Source of the DNA: Rhizobiaceae bacterium
GTDB lineage: Bacteria > Pseudomonadota > Alphaproteobacteria > Rhizobiales > Rhizobiaceae
Direction of reading: 5' to 3'
Length of the DNA stretch: 64,000 nt
Assembly: GCA_016763155.1 (NCBI GenBank)
Contig: JAESUH010000070.1
Location: forward strand, 2,507-66,506
Shown: one piece after another, positions 10,788 to 20,541 of the stretch
Layout of the letters: each line of letters opens with the position of its first letter
Numbering within the stretch: position 1 is the first letter of the stretch
Made by a program: the position numbers and the translations under genes
Notes under the pieces: model-generated
Seen by the model: only the letters and a program-made list of their open reading frames with translations
Told to the model about the DNA's origin: nothing
Databases searched by the model: none

Positions 10788-11843
10788 ATGAGTGCAAACA
10801 TTAAAGGGCCAGCAATTTTTCTGGCACAATTTGCGGGCGATGAAGCGCCGTTTAATTCACTGCAGGCCATAACCAAATGGGCAGGCGATCTTGGCTATAA
10901 GGGGGTGCAAATTCCCTCATGGGATGGTCGGCTGTTCGACTTGGAAAAAGCGGGTGAATCCAAAACCTATTGTGATGAGATTGCTGGCATTTGTGCCGAG
11001 AATGGTTTGGAAATTACCGAAATTTCCACCCATTTGCAGGGGCAATTGGTTGCGGTAAATCCAGCTTATGATCTTCAGTTTGATGCGTTCGCTCCCGAGA
11101 GCGTTCATGGTAATCCGGATGCACGTCAAAAATGGGCTGTGCAGCAAATGTATTTGGCTGCTAAAGCTTCCCAGCATCTTGGCCTCAAAGCATGCCCTTC
11201 TTTTACGGGTTCGTTGGCTTTCCCTTATCTCTATCCTTGGCCTCAGCGCCCGGCTGGATTGATTGAAGAAGCATTTGCAGAACTTGGCAGACGCTGGACA
11301 CCGATCCTGAATGCATTTGAAGATGCGGGCGTTGATATAGCCTATGAAATTCATCCGGGTGAAGATGTGTTTGATGGGGTGACCTATGAGATGTTTTTGG
11401 CCGAGGTGAAAGGTCATTCACGCGCGCGCATTCTTTATGACCCATCGCATTTTGTATTGCAGCAATTGGATTATCTGGCCTTTATCGACATCTACCATGA
11501 GCATATTGCGGCTTTCCATGTGAAGGATGCCGAGTTTAATCCAACCGGTCGCCAGGGCGTTTATTCAGGCTATCAAGGCTGGACCGAGCGGGCCGGGCGT
11601 TTCCGCTCGCTTGGGGATGGTCAGGTAGATTTCAAAGGTATTTTCTCCAAACTTGCTCAATATGATTTTGATCGTTGGGCCGTGCTTGAATGGGAATGTT
11701 GTTTGAAACACCCTGAAGATGGGGCAGCAGAGGGCGCGCCCTTTATTCGTGATCATATTATTCATGTGACAGATAAAGCTTTTGATGATTTTGCCGGTGG
11801 GGAAACCGACTTTGCGCAAATCAAAAAGACGCTGGGTATCTAA
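10788..11843 (+). CDS. Sugar phosphate isomerase/epimerase (xylose-isomerase-like TIM barrel)
   Basis: Length and sequence pattern of the AP-endonuclease-2 / Xyl-isomerase-like TIM barrel family. Good RBS (GGGAGAAG). Confidence 0.8.
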   Translation: MSANIKGPAIFLAQFAGDEAPFNSLQAITKWAGDLGYKGVQIPSWDGRLFDLEKAGESKTYCDEIAGICAENGLEITEISTHLQGQLVAVNPAYDLQFDAFAPESVHGNPDARQKWAVQQMYLAAKASQHLGLKACPSFTGSLAFPYLYPWPQRPAGLIEEAFAELGRRWTPILNAFEDAGVDIAYEIHPGEDVFDGVTYEMFLAEVKGHSRARILYDPSHFVLQQLDYLAFIDIYHEHIAAFHVKDAEFNPTGRQGVYSGYQGWTERAGRFRSLGDGQVDFKGIFSKLAQYDFDRWAVLEWECCLKHPEDGAAEGAPFIRDHIIHVTDKAFDDFAGGETDFAQIKKTLGI

Positions 11844-11889
11844 CGATTGGCCTAGCCGATAGCTAACCGGAATTAACGAGGGTAACAAA

Positions 11890-13056
11890 ATGGTTTCTGC
11901 AAGTTCCAGTCCAAACAGCAAGGCACCTATTCGCTATGGCATGGTCGGTGGGGGAAAAGATGCCTTTATTGGCGCTGTTCACCGGATTGCTGCGCGTATT
12001 GATGGCCATTATGAATTGGTGGCGGGTGCGCTATCTTCTAACCCAACTAAATCGGCAGCTTCGGCACGAGAGCTTGGTCTTGAGCGATCTTATGGAACTT
12101 ACCAAGAGATGGCCAAGGGCGAAGCAACGCGTGAAGGCGGGATTGAAGTGGTTACGATTGTTACGCCGAACCATATGCATTTTCCAATCGCCAAGGCGTT
12201 TTTGCAGGCCGGTATTCATGTGATATGCGACAAGCCGCTAACGTCAACGCTAGCTGATGCAAAGAAGCTGGCAGCGATTGCTAAAAAGAGCGGCAAGCTA
12301 TTTGTATTGACCCACAATTACACAGGCTACCCGATGGTTCGCCAAATGCGAGAGATGGTGGCACGGGGAAAACTTGGCGATATCCGCCTGGTGCAGGCAG
12401 AATATGTGCAGGATTGGCTGACTGAAAAGGTCGAAGCGACCGGGCAAAAACAGGCCGAGTGGCGTACTGATCCCAAACGCTCGGGTGGCGGTGGTGCCAT
12501 TGGTGATATTGGCACCCATGCATTTAATCTGGCCAGTTTCATTAGCGGGCAGCAATTAGATAGTCTGGCCGCAGATCTGGACTCCTTTGTTAAGGGGCGC
12601 AAGCTGGATGACAATGCTCATATCATGATGCGCTTTAAGGGCGGTGCAAAAGGCATGCTATGGGCAAGCCAGGTGGCGCCAGGAAATGAGAATTCCCTTA
12701 AAGTGCGAGTTTTCGGGACTAAAGGTGGCATTGAATGGGAACAGGAAAATCCCAATCATTTCTGGTACACGCCGTTTGGCCAGCCGAAACAATTGATCAC
12801 TCGTGGTGGAGCCGGATCAAGTGCTGTTGCCGACCGGGTAAGCCGAACTCCAGGTGGTCATCCGGAAGGATATCTGGAAGGGTTTGCAACACTCTATAGT
12901 GAAGCTGCCATTGCTATTCGCGCATTGCGTAAGAAGAATGGCAAAATACCCAAAAGCGTGATTTTGCCCACAGTGGAAGACGGGGTCGATGGCCTTCGCT
13001 TTATTGATGCTTGTTTGCGCTCATCAAAGAAAAACGCTGGCTGGATTAAATTCTAG
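11890..13056 (+). CDS. Gfo/Idh/MocA-family NAD(P)-dependent oxidoreductase
   Basis: N-terminal Rossmann motif IRYGMVGGGKDAFIG and the typical EKPL-like CDKPLT motif. Confidence 0.85.
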   Translation: MVSASSSPNSKAPIRYGMVGGGKDAFIGAVHRIAARIDGHYELVAGALSSNPTKSAASARELGLERSYGTYQEMAKGEATREGGIEVVTIVTPNHMHFPIAKAFLQAGIHVICDKPLTSTLADAKKLAAIAKKSGKLFVLTHNYTGYPMVRQMREMVARGKLGDIRLVQAEYVQDWLTEKVEATGQKQAEWRTDPKRSGGGGAIGDIGTHAFNLASFISGQQLDSLAADLDSFVKGRKLDDNAHIMMRFKGGAKGMLWASQVAPGNENSLKVRVFGTKGGIEWEQENPNHFWYTPFGQPKQLITRGGAGSSAVADRVSRTPGGHPEGYLEGFATLYSEAAIAIRALRKKNGKIPKSVILPTVEDGVDGLRFIDACLRSSKKNAGWIKF

Positions 13057-13078
13057 GCTTTGAATCTATTTTTTCGCT

Positions 13079-13096
13079 GTGTGCATGAATGCACAC
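13079..13096. repeat. Perfect 18-bp palindrome GTGTGCATGAATGCACAC
   Basis: Read directly. It lies between the oxidoreductase stop and the small secreted-protein gene and has no adjacent downstream T-tract, so it looks more like a binding site than a terminator. Confidence 0.6.
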
Positions 13097-13173
13097 GCGA
13101 ATTTCTTGATGCTCACTATCTCTAGTTCATCGGAAGGTCCACAACGGACTTCCAGATTACTTGGAGAAGTAAA

Positions 13174-13443
13174 ATGAACATCGCAATTATCAAAAAATCA
13201 GCCATCGCAGCTTTAACAGTCGCGATCATCGCAACCGGTAGTCTTTCTGCCTCAACCAGCACGGCATCCGCCGGCGGCAAACACTTTGGAGCAGCATTGC
13301 TTGGTGGCCTTGCCATTGGACTTATCGCAAGTTCAGCTCGTGGCCGTGGTCGTAGTTATGCTCGTGAGTGCTGGACAGAGCGTCAGTGGAGAGTGAACCG
13401 CTACGGCGAAGAATATTCAGTACGGGTTCGGGTTTGTAACTAA
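13174..13443 (+). CDS. Small secreted/membrane-anchored hypothetical protein (signal peptide, Gly-zipper segment, basic 2-Cys tail)
   Basis: GGAGAAG RBS. Signal peptide ending ASA. GAALLGGLAIGLIA glycine-zipper-like stretch. C-terminal CWTERQWRVNRYGEEYSVRVRVC. Confidence 0.5.
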   Translation: MNIAIIKKSAIAALTVAIIATGSLSASTSTASAGGKHFGAALLGGLAIGLIASSARGRGRSYARECWTERQWRVNRYGEEYSVRVRVCN

Positions 13444-13788
13444 GGTCGGCTTGCCGACATAGACCTCAACAAGAAGATACAATCTAAATACTAATTACTT
13501 CTCCAGAAACCTCGGTTTTATCGCCGGGGCTTTTGGCGTTTTGGGTCGTGGTTTTCCGAATTTATTCCTGAAAACCAGATTGCATGCTCAATTGAAGAAT
13601 GCCCTTGATCAGAGGCGAAATATTCGCCCACCGATAGGTCACCAAAAATATCGGTATACGTTTTTTTAAAGCACTGGACAGGTAGGATAAATCAAGATGT
13701 AATACTTTGGTTGGCGGTACTCACATGTATTGCTAACAATAGTAATTTAGGGCTGTTCTGTGAGGATCAGGCACCCGCTATATAAAAA

Positions 13789-13828
13789 TTGCCGGAAAAC
13801 GGCTTATATTATGTTGCCGGAAAAAGGC
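13789..13828 (+). promoter_or_regulatory. Direct repeat TTGCCGGAAAA(A/C)GGC x2 immediately upstream of livH
   Basis: TTGCCGGAAAA occurs at 13789-13799 and 13814-13824, a 25-bp periodicity, just 5' of the livH RBS. Confidence 0.35.
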
Positions 13829-13845
13829 AGTGTCGGGAGGACGGA

Positions 13846-14721
13846 TTGGAAGTCGTACAGTTATTGCTGGGTGGAATTGCTAGTGGTTGCATATATGGCC
13901 TGATCGCACTCGGATTTGTGCTGATTTATAAAGCTACGGAATCCGTCAATTTTGCCCAAGGCGACATGATGATGCTCGGGGCATTCATTACACTGCAATT
14001 GACGAATACAGATTACTGGAATCTGCCATTTTGGGCCGCTGTTCCTCTGGCAATCGCCATCATGGCGGTGATCGGCTATGGGCTGGAGGCGCTGGTTATT
14101 CGTAAATTGTTCGGACAGCCGCAATTTGCGGTCGTCATCCTCACCATTGCCATCGGGTTTGTGCTGCGTTTTATCGCTGGATTTATCTGGGGCCATCAGC
14201 CGCAATCACTTGAAACGCCTTTTACCGGCATTAATCTCCGTTTTAGCGGTTTAGTGATTGGATTGGACGAGGTCTTTGTCATCGGGGTCACCTTGGTTTT
14301 GACACTGGGGCTTTATCTGTTTTTTGCCAAAACCAAACTTGGGATCGCCATGCAGGCGGCTTCTCAAAACCAGCTTGCAGCCTATTATATGGGAGTGCCC
14401 GTCAAATTGATAAACGGCATCATCTGGGCGATGGCAGGCGGTATTGCGGCAGTGGCCGGGGTGATGTTTGCGGCGCGCGGCGCAATTGATCCTTCAATGG
14501 GGCTGCTTGGGATTAAAGCATTCGCCGCTGCTGTTATCGGGGGCTTTGGCAGTTTGCCCGGAGCGCTGATTGGTGGGCTGATTATCGGCATTATCGAACC
14601 TTTTGCAGCCCGCTACGGCGCGCCTGGCTACAGCCAGATTGCTCCTTATGCATTGATGCTGCTTGTGCTCGTATTGCGGCCAAACGGACTGTTTTCGCAA
14701 GTCCAGAGCAAGAAGGTCTGA
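13846..14721 (+). CDS. livH: Branched-chain amino acid-type (HAAT family) ABC permease
   Basis: Typical LivH N-terminus (QLLLGGIASGCIYGLIALGFVLIY). TTG 13846 is preceded by GGGAGGA. The ORF-track start 13789 adds a non-conserved extension. Confidence 0.85.
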   Translation: MEVVQLLLGGIASGCIYGLIALGFVLIYKATESVNFAQGDMMMLGAFITLQLTNTDYWNLPFWAAVPLAIAIMAVIGYGLEALVIRKLFGQPQFAVVILTIAIGFVLRFIAGFIWGHQPQSLETPFTGINLRFSGLVIGLDEVFVIGVTLVLTLGLYLFFAKTKLGIAMQAASQNQLAAYYMGVPVKLINGIIWAMAGGIAAVAGVMFAARGAIDPSMGLLGIKAFAAAVIGGFGSLPGALIGGLIIGIIEPFAARYGAPGYSQIAPYALMLLVLVLRPNGLFSQVQSKKV

Positions 14722-14727
14722 TTATCG

Positions 14728-15807
14728 ATGCGCATACATTTTAAAACCAAATATGACGACGATATCAATCTTTTTGAAGATGGCCGTAAACTATTTTGGT
14801 ATGTTTTGTTGGTGGTTCTGGCAATCTTGCTGCCGTTTATTTTTGATGAATATTTGCTCGGTGAAGCGGTCAATGTGCTGATCTGGGCAATTGCCGGAAT
14901 GGGGCTGATGATTCTGGCAGGTCACACTGGACAGGCAAGTCTGGGGCATGGGGCTTTCCTTGCCTGCGGTGCCTATATGGAGGTGTGGCTACAGAATAAG
15001 GGTGTGCCGTTCGTTCTGTCTCTACCGCTCGCAGGCCTGTTTGCCGGAATAGTGGGCGCGATAATTGCTATTCCTGCATTGAAGATGTCGGGAATTTATC
15101 TGGCCATTGCAACGCTTGCCATGGGTGTCATTGCTGAAGATGTGATCATTCTACTTGAGCCATATACCGGTGGTATCGACGGGGTGTATGTTGAGGCATT
15201 CACACTGTTTGGTGTGGAAATCGACCGCTACGTCAGCCCAGACAAATTTTACTGGACCTGTCTGGGCGTGGTGATCATCGTCACCTTTGGTTATGCGAAT
15301 TTGCTGCGCTCTTCTACTGGTCGGGCTTTTATGGCGATCAGAGATTCTGAAATTTCTGCACGTGCCATGGGAATTAATGTGGCGCGGTTTAAAACAATTT
15401 CCTTTGGTCTCTCGTGTTTTGTCACCGGCATCGCCGGAGGATTATTAGCTCACTACATGGGAGCGTTCAATTATGAAGCCTTCCTGATTTTGATATCGAT
15501 CCAATTGCTTTTGATGATTGTGGTCGGTGGCATGGGTTCTATTCACGGGGCATTTTTTGGGGCGGCTGTTGTTGGCTTTTTACCGCAATTGGTAACCATT
15601 GTTCGCGAGACTGTGACGACTGTTGCAATTCCCGGACTTGATATGGGCATCTTTGCGCTGATCCTCATTACGATCATTGTGGTAGAGCCAACCGGGCTTT
15701 ACGGACGCTGGATGAAAACCCGCATCTGGTTTGAACTGTTTCCGCTGGCGCGCAAGGATATGTTCCGTCGCAATAAGAGTTATTTGAAAACGGAGCGGAT
15801 GAAATGA
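14728..15807 (+). CDS. livM: HAAT-family ABC permease
   Basis: LivM-like polytopic protein with ATGA overlap to the next gene. Confidence 0.85.
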   Translation: MRIHFKTKYDDDINLFEDGRKLFWYVLLVVLAILLPFIFDEYLLGEAVNVLIWAIAGMGLMILAGHTGQASLGHGAFLACGAYMEVWLQNKGVPFVLSLPLAGLFAGIVGAIIAIPALKMSGIYLAIATLAMGVIAEDVIILLEPYTGGIDGVYVEAFTLFGVEIDRYVSPDKFYWTCLGVVIIVTFGYANLLRSSTGRAFMAIRDSEISARAMGINVARFKTISFGLSCFVTGIAGGLLAHYMGAFNYEAFLILISIQLLLMIVVGGMGSIHGAFFGAAVVGFLPQLVTIVRETVTTVAIPGLDMGIFALILITIIVVEPTGLYGRWMKTRIWFELFPLARKDMFRRNKSYLKTERMK

Positions 15808-16574
15808 GCCTGCTCGAAGTTCGCAATGTTTCAAAAAGCTTTGGCGGCGTACACGCCGTTAAGAATGTTTCCTTTGATGTGAAGGAAGGCGAGGTCTTCA
15901 CCATTGTGGGGCCTAATGGTGCGGGTAAATCGACGATATTCAATCTGATTTCGAGATTTTATGACGTAACGGAAGGCAGCATCAAATTTGACGGCAATGA
16001 AATCACCAGTCTAAAGCCCGATGAAATTGCTGGTATCGGCATTGCGCGCACGTTTCAGAATATTGAATTGTTCGACCATTCAACCGTGTTGCAAAACCTG
16101 TTGGTTGGTCGCCATACAAAACGCAAAACATCCTTCATAGAAAATGTACTTTTTACCCCACGGGTGCGGGCCGAGGAACGTGCTCATCGCAGGGCTGCGG
16201 AAGATGTGATTGAGTTTCTCGATTTACATGCTTATCGCAACAAAATGATTGCGGGGCTTCCTTATGGGGTTCGCAAGGTGGTTGAGATTGGTCGGGCGCT
16301 GGCTTGTGGCCCTCGCATGTTATTGCTGGATGAACCGGCTTCTGGACTGTCAGTAGAAGAAACCCAGGATGTGGCCTACTGGATTGAGGATATGCAGAAG
16401 GATATGGGCTTGACCATTTTGATGGTGGAACATGATATGAGCCTGGTTACCCAGGTATCGGACCGTGTCTTGGCGCTTAATAATGGTGAGATGCTTTCAA
16501 TGGGATCGCCTGAAGAAGTGCAGTCTGATCCCAAGGTCATTGAGGCATATCTGGGTGTGGAGGATGTGACCTGA
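15804..16574 (+). CDS. livG: HAAT-family ABC ATP-binding protein
   Basis: Walker A GPNGAGKST, Walker B LLLDEPASGL, LivG-type C-terminus. Confidence 0.9.
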   Translation: MSLLEVRNVSKSFGGVHAVKNVSFDVKEGEVFTIVGPNGAGKSTIFNLISRFYDVTEGSIKFDGNEITSLKPDEIAGIGIARTFQNIELFDHSTVLQNLLVGRHTKRKTSFIENVLFTPRVRAEERAHRRAAEDVIEFLDLHAYRNKMIAGLPYGVRKVVEIGRALACGPRMLLLDEPASGLSVEETQDVAYWIEDMQKDMGLTILMVEHDMSLVTQVSDRVLALNNGEMLSMGSPEEVQSDPKVIEAYLGVEDVT

Positions 16575-17347
16575 TGGCTGATGCTCCAGTTCTTGAAACA
16601 CGCAATCTCGAAGCTTTCTATGGTGCCGTAATGGCGTTGCGTGGGGTTTCGATCGAGGTGCCGCACGGGAAAATCGTTACAATTCTTGGGGCGAATGGTG
16701 CTGGAAAAACCACGCTTTTGAAAACCATATCCGGCGTGCTTGATCCTGAAAAAGGACAGATTTTGCTGGAAGGCGAGCAAATTCAGGGAATGGACCCTGA
16801 TGCCATCGTGCGCCGTGGTATTGCCCATGTGCCCGAGGGGCGTGAGGTGTTTCCATTTCTAAATGTGGAAGAGAATTTGCGGATGGGTGCCTATACCCGC
16901 TCGGATAATGAAGTCGAGGATGACCTTGAAATGGTCTATTCCTATTTTCCAATTCTCAAGGAACGCATTAATCAGGCTGCGGGTTTTCTTTCAGGCGGCC
17001 AACAACAAATGCTGGCGATTGGTCGTGGCTTGATGGCACGACCAAAGATTCTGTTACTTGATGAACCTTCATTGGGTCTGTCGCCCCTATTGGTTCAGGA
17101 AATATTTGGCATTATCAAACGGCTTAATAGCGAACAAGGCGTCACCATGATGCTGGTGGAGCAGAATGCCAAAGTGGCCTTGAAAGCTGCGCATTTCGGT
17201 TATGTAATGGAAATTGGCCGCATCGTGATGGCTGGAAAATGCGAGGAATTGCTGGCATCGGAAGATATCCAGGAATTCTATCTAGGGGTTAGCGGAGAGA
17301 GCCAGCGGACGCAAAAACGCTGGAAACGGAAGAAGACCTGGCGATGA
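16574..17347 (+). CDS. livF: HAAT-family ABC ATP-binding protein
   Basis: Walker A GANGAGKTT, LSGGQQQML signature, LLLDEPSLGL. Confidence 0.9.
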   Translation: MADAPVLETRNLEAFYGAVMALRGVSIEVPHGKIVTILGANGAGKTTLLKTISGVLDPEKGQILLEGEQIQGMDPDAIVRRGIAHVPEGREVFPFLNVEENLRMGAYTRSDNEVEDDLEMVYSYFPILKERINQAAGFLSGGQQQMLAIGRGLMARPKILLLDEPSLGLSPLLVQEIFGIIKRLNSEQGVTMMLVEQNAKVALKAAHFGYVMEIGRIVMAGKCEELLASEDIQEFYLGVSGESQRTQKRWKRKKTWR

Positions 17348-19194
17348 ATGCACCCTTAAAACCTGGTTCCATGGAGATTGATTACACGTCGAAAGATGGT
17401 TGTGACACCATGGCTACCCTGTTTCGTCAGCGCTGCAAGAAATATGGCAAGCGCACGGCCCACCGCGAAAAGGATTTGGGCATTTGGAATGCCTATAGCT
17501 GGGACGATTATTATAATCACGCGAAATGGATTGGTCTTGGCTTGATATCACTGGGCCTTAAGCGTGGCGATGTGATTTCAATTCTGTCTGAAGACAATAA
17601 GGAATGGCTCTATTTCGATTTAGCTGCTGTTTGCATGGGGGCCATAACTTCTGGTGTTTATACCACTGATGCAGCATCCCAATTGGCTTATCTGGTTAAT
17701 GATTCCGGCACGTCATTTCTGATTGTTGAAAATGACGAGCAGCTTGATAAATTTCTGGAAGCCCGCGCTGACATGCCGGGATTGAAAAAAGTCATCGTGA
17801 TTGACCGGGATGGTTTGCGCGATTTTCAAGATGATATGGTGATGTTCGCCGATGAACTTTATGCCCTTGGCAGGGTGGAAGAAGAGAAAAACCCTGAATT
17901 ATTTGACCAGGAAATTGATCTGGCCAAGCCCGACGATATTCGCATGTTGATTTACACCTCGGGCACGACAGGCCGTCCCAAGGGCGCAATGATCACCCAC
18001 ACCAATATGATTTTCCAAATTAATTCGGTCTATCAATTATTGCACGGGTCCGAGGATGATGAGCAGCTATGCTTTTTGCCGCTTTGTCATGTGTTGGAAC
18101 GGTTGTTTTCAGTTGATTCCCAAATTGCCATGGGCAGCACGGTCAATTTTGCTGAAAGCCCGGAAACGGTTTTTGAAAATTTGCAGGAAGTCTCTCCCCA
18201 TGTGTTTGTGGCGGTGCCTAGACTTTGGGAGAAGATTTATTCTCGCCTGCAAATCCTGCGTAAGGAAGCAACTGCAATCGGGCGCTGGGCCTTTGATAAG
18301 GCCATTGATGCTGGCACGAAGCGCGCAGAATATTTGATGGATGGCGAGGCGGTGCCGACCGGTGTGGCCTTGAGATATAGGTTCTGGGATTTTGTTGTGC
18401 TTGGAAATCTACGCCGGATGATCGGCATGGATCGTATTATTCGCGGGGCGTCGGGTGCTGCTCCCATTTCGCCAGAACTGTTGAAATGGTTTTGGGCGAT
18501 TGGCGTTCCTGTGCTGGAAGGATTTGGCATGACGGAGAGTGGTGGGGTCGCTACAATCAACACCATCAAACACAATAAAATTGGCACTATCGGCGTCACT
18601 TTGCCTGGTGCCGAAACGCGGATTTCGAAGGAAGGTGAAATCCAGCTGAAGGGCCTGCATGTGTTTAAGGGCTATTGGAACAAGCCTGAACAAACTGCCG
18701 AGACTATGACTGAGGATGGCTGGTTAAAAACCGGCGATATGGGCAGTGTTGATAATCAGGGCTATTTCACTATTACGGGTCGTATTAAAGACATCATCAT
18801 TACGGCCGGCGGAAAGAATATCACGCCTGCAGAAATTGAAAGTGCGTTGAAATTCTCACCCTACATCTCTGATGCGGTGGTGATTGGTGACAAGCGAAAA
18901 TACCTCACTTGTCTGGTGATGATTGATCAGGAAAATGTGGAGAATTTTGCTCAGGAGAAACAAATCCCCTTCAGCGATTTTGCTTCTCTTTGTGCAGCAC
19001 CTGAAGTGGTTGAACTAATCGGGACGGACGTGGCAGCGGTTAATAAGCAATTTGCGCGGGTCGAGCAGATTAAGGAATTTCGCCTGATCGATATTTTGTT
19101 GACGGCGGAAGATGAGGAATTAACCCCAACTATGAAACTAAAGCGGGGTTTTGTTGAATCCAGACATAAAGGTCTGATAGACTCGATGTATTAG
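17344..19194 (+). CDS. AMP-forming long-chain acyl-CoA synthetase embedded in the ABC operon
   Basis: AMP-binding motif YTSGTTGRPKGA, TGD motif (WLKTGD), 616 aa. ATGA overlap with livF. Confidence 0.85.
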   Translation: MNAPLKPGSMEIDYTSKDGCDTMATLFRQRCKKYGKRTAHREKDLGIWNAYSWDDYYNHAKWIGLGLISLGLKRGDVISILSEDNKEWLYFDLAAVCMGAITSGVYTTDAASQLAYLVNDSGTSFLIVENDEQLDKFLEARADMPGLKKVIVIDRDGLRDFQDDMVMFADELYALGRVEEEKNPELFDQEIDLAKPDDIRMLIYTSGTTGRPKGAMITHTNMIFQINSVYQLLHGSEDDEQLCFLPLCHVLERLFSVDSQIAMGSTVNFAESPETVFENLQEVSPHVFVAVPRLWEKIYSRLQILRKEATAIGRWAFDKAIDAGTKRAEYLMDGEAVPTGVALRYRFWDFVVLGNLRRMIGMDRIIRGASGAAPISPELLKWFWAIGVPVLEGFGMTESGGVATINTIKHNKIGTIGVTLPGAETRISKEGEIQLKGLHVFKGYWNKPEQTAETMTEDGWLKTGDMGSVDNQGYFTITGRIKDIIITAGGKNITPAEIESALKFSPYISDAVVIGDKRKYLTCLVMIDQENVENFAQEKQIPFSDFASLCAAPEVVELIGTDVAAVNKQFARVEQIKEFRLIDILLTAEDEELTPTMKLKRGFVESRHKGLIDSMY

Positions 19195-19285
19195 GCCCTG
19201 ACTACAAGTCACGGTCGACACAGATTTTGAAGAAGAGATGGACGATAAAGTCCTTAAAAATAACCAGTTGGAGGAGAAAACAACT

Positions 19286-20446
19286 ATGAAAAAACTATTC
19301 GCACTTGCCGCAACGGCTACGTTGCTGGCGATCAGTCCGGTTTCTGCCGAGACCCAAGGGGTAAGTGACACAGAAATTGTCATTGGTGGTCACCATGATT
19401 TGCAGGGCATTTTTGCTGCCTTCTCAGTGCCTGCTGTAAAAGCTATTCAGCTTTATTTTGATAAGATCAATGCCGAAGGCGGCGTTCATGGACGGATGTT
19501 GAAATACATTGCTGAAGATCATGGCTATCAGGTGCCAAAAGCGGTGCAGGCAGCAAACAAGCTTATCAACCGTGATAAAGTGTTTGCCATGCTTTCATCT
19601 TTGGGCACACCGCACAATATTGCGGCGTTCAAATTGATGGATCCGAAAGGCATTCCAAATATTTCACCGCTTACAGCTGCGCGTCAAATGTTGCAAGATC
19701 CTCTTGATAGCCATTATGCGGGCACAGCAACCTATTACGACCAAATGCGTACTGGGGTGAAATGGATGAAAGATAACAAGGGTACGACTACCGTTTGTAC
19801 CATGTTTCTGCCAACGGATTTTGGTAAGGAAATTCAACTTGGTTCAAAAGAAGAAGCTGCTGAACTGGGCTTGAAATATGCTGCTGAAACTACTCATAAG
19901 CCAGATGATGCTGATTTTGCTGGTGCGCTTGGTAAATTGAAAGCAGCTGGTTGTGATCTGGTTACCATGGCTCTTGGTGTTCGTCAGACAATCACTGTAT
20001 TGGCTACTGCCAAGAAAATGGGCCTGACCAATATGAATTTCATGGGAGCGTCAGCTTCTTTCCATACGGTGATTGCAAAAGTACCTGGTGGTTTGACTGA
20101 AGGGTTCTATGCAGCTTCTGGCTGGCAGGATCTTGAAGCGCGTGCTGGTGAACCTGAAGTTGCGGCATGGATCAAAACCTTTACCGAGGCTACTGGTGAA
20201 AAATTCCCTGGTACAGGTGCATTATTGGGCCGCTCAGGTGCAGAACTGATCGTGCGGGCTTTGCAGGCCGCAGGCAAAGATTTGACACATGAATCTTTCC
20301 AGACTGCTATGGAAAGCATGTCATTTGAAGATAAAATTGCTGGTACTACAGTCAAAATGGGTCCTGGCGACCATGTAGCTGCTGATGCTGTTTTCATCTC
20401 GCAAATCGATGGTGGTTCCTGGAAAACGCTTTACGCGTCTGAGTAA
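19286..20446 (+). CDS. HAAT-family (LivK-like) ABC substrate-binding protein
   Basis: Signal peptide MKKLFALAATATLLAISPVSA. GGAGGAG RBS before ATG 19286. Type-I periplasmic binding fold pattern. Confidence 0.85.
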   Translation: MKKLFALAATATLLAISPVSAETQGVSDTEIVIGGHHDLQGIFAAFSVPAVKAIQLYFDKINAEGGVHGRMLKYIAEDHGYQVPKAVQAANKLINRDKVFAMLSSLGTPHNIAAFKLMDPKGIPNISPLTAARQMLQDPLDSHYAGTATYYDQMRTGVKWMKDNKGTTTVCTMFLPTDFGKEIQLGSKEEAAELGLKYAAETTHKPDDADFAGALGKLKAAGCDLVTMALGVRQTITVLATAKKMGLTNMNFMGASASFHTVIAKVPGGLTEGFYAASGWQDLEARAGEPEVAAWIKTFTEATGEKFPGTGALLGRSGAELIVRALQAAGKDLTHESFQTAMESMSFEDKIAGTTVKMGPGDHVAADAVFISQIDGGSWKTLYASE

Positions 20447-20482
20447 ATCTAATCTGGCGTTAGCCATTTTCAAGAACATTAA

Positions 20483-20510
20483 ACCGGGCCTTGATTGGGT
20501 CCGGTTTTTT
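20483..20510 (+). terminator. Rho-independent terminator after the substrate-binding protein gene
   Basis: ACCGGGCC / GGGTCCGGT stem (8 bp with one G-U) followed by TTTTTT (20505-20510). Confidence 0.7.
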
Positions 20511-20541
20511 CATTTAAGTAAGGCATAGTTGGAGGATAAAT

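Noticed and set aside
13445-13458. GTCGGC-tt-GCCGAC hairpin right after the small secreted-protein gene, considered as a terminator.
   Set aside because: The loop is too small, leaving an effective 5-bp stem, and no T-run follows. This is insufficient for a confident call.
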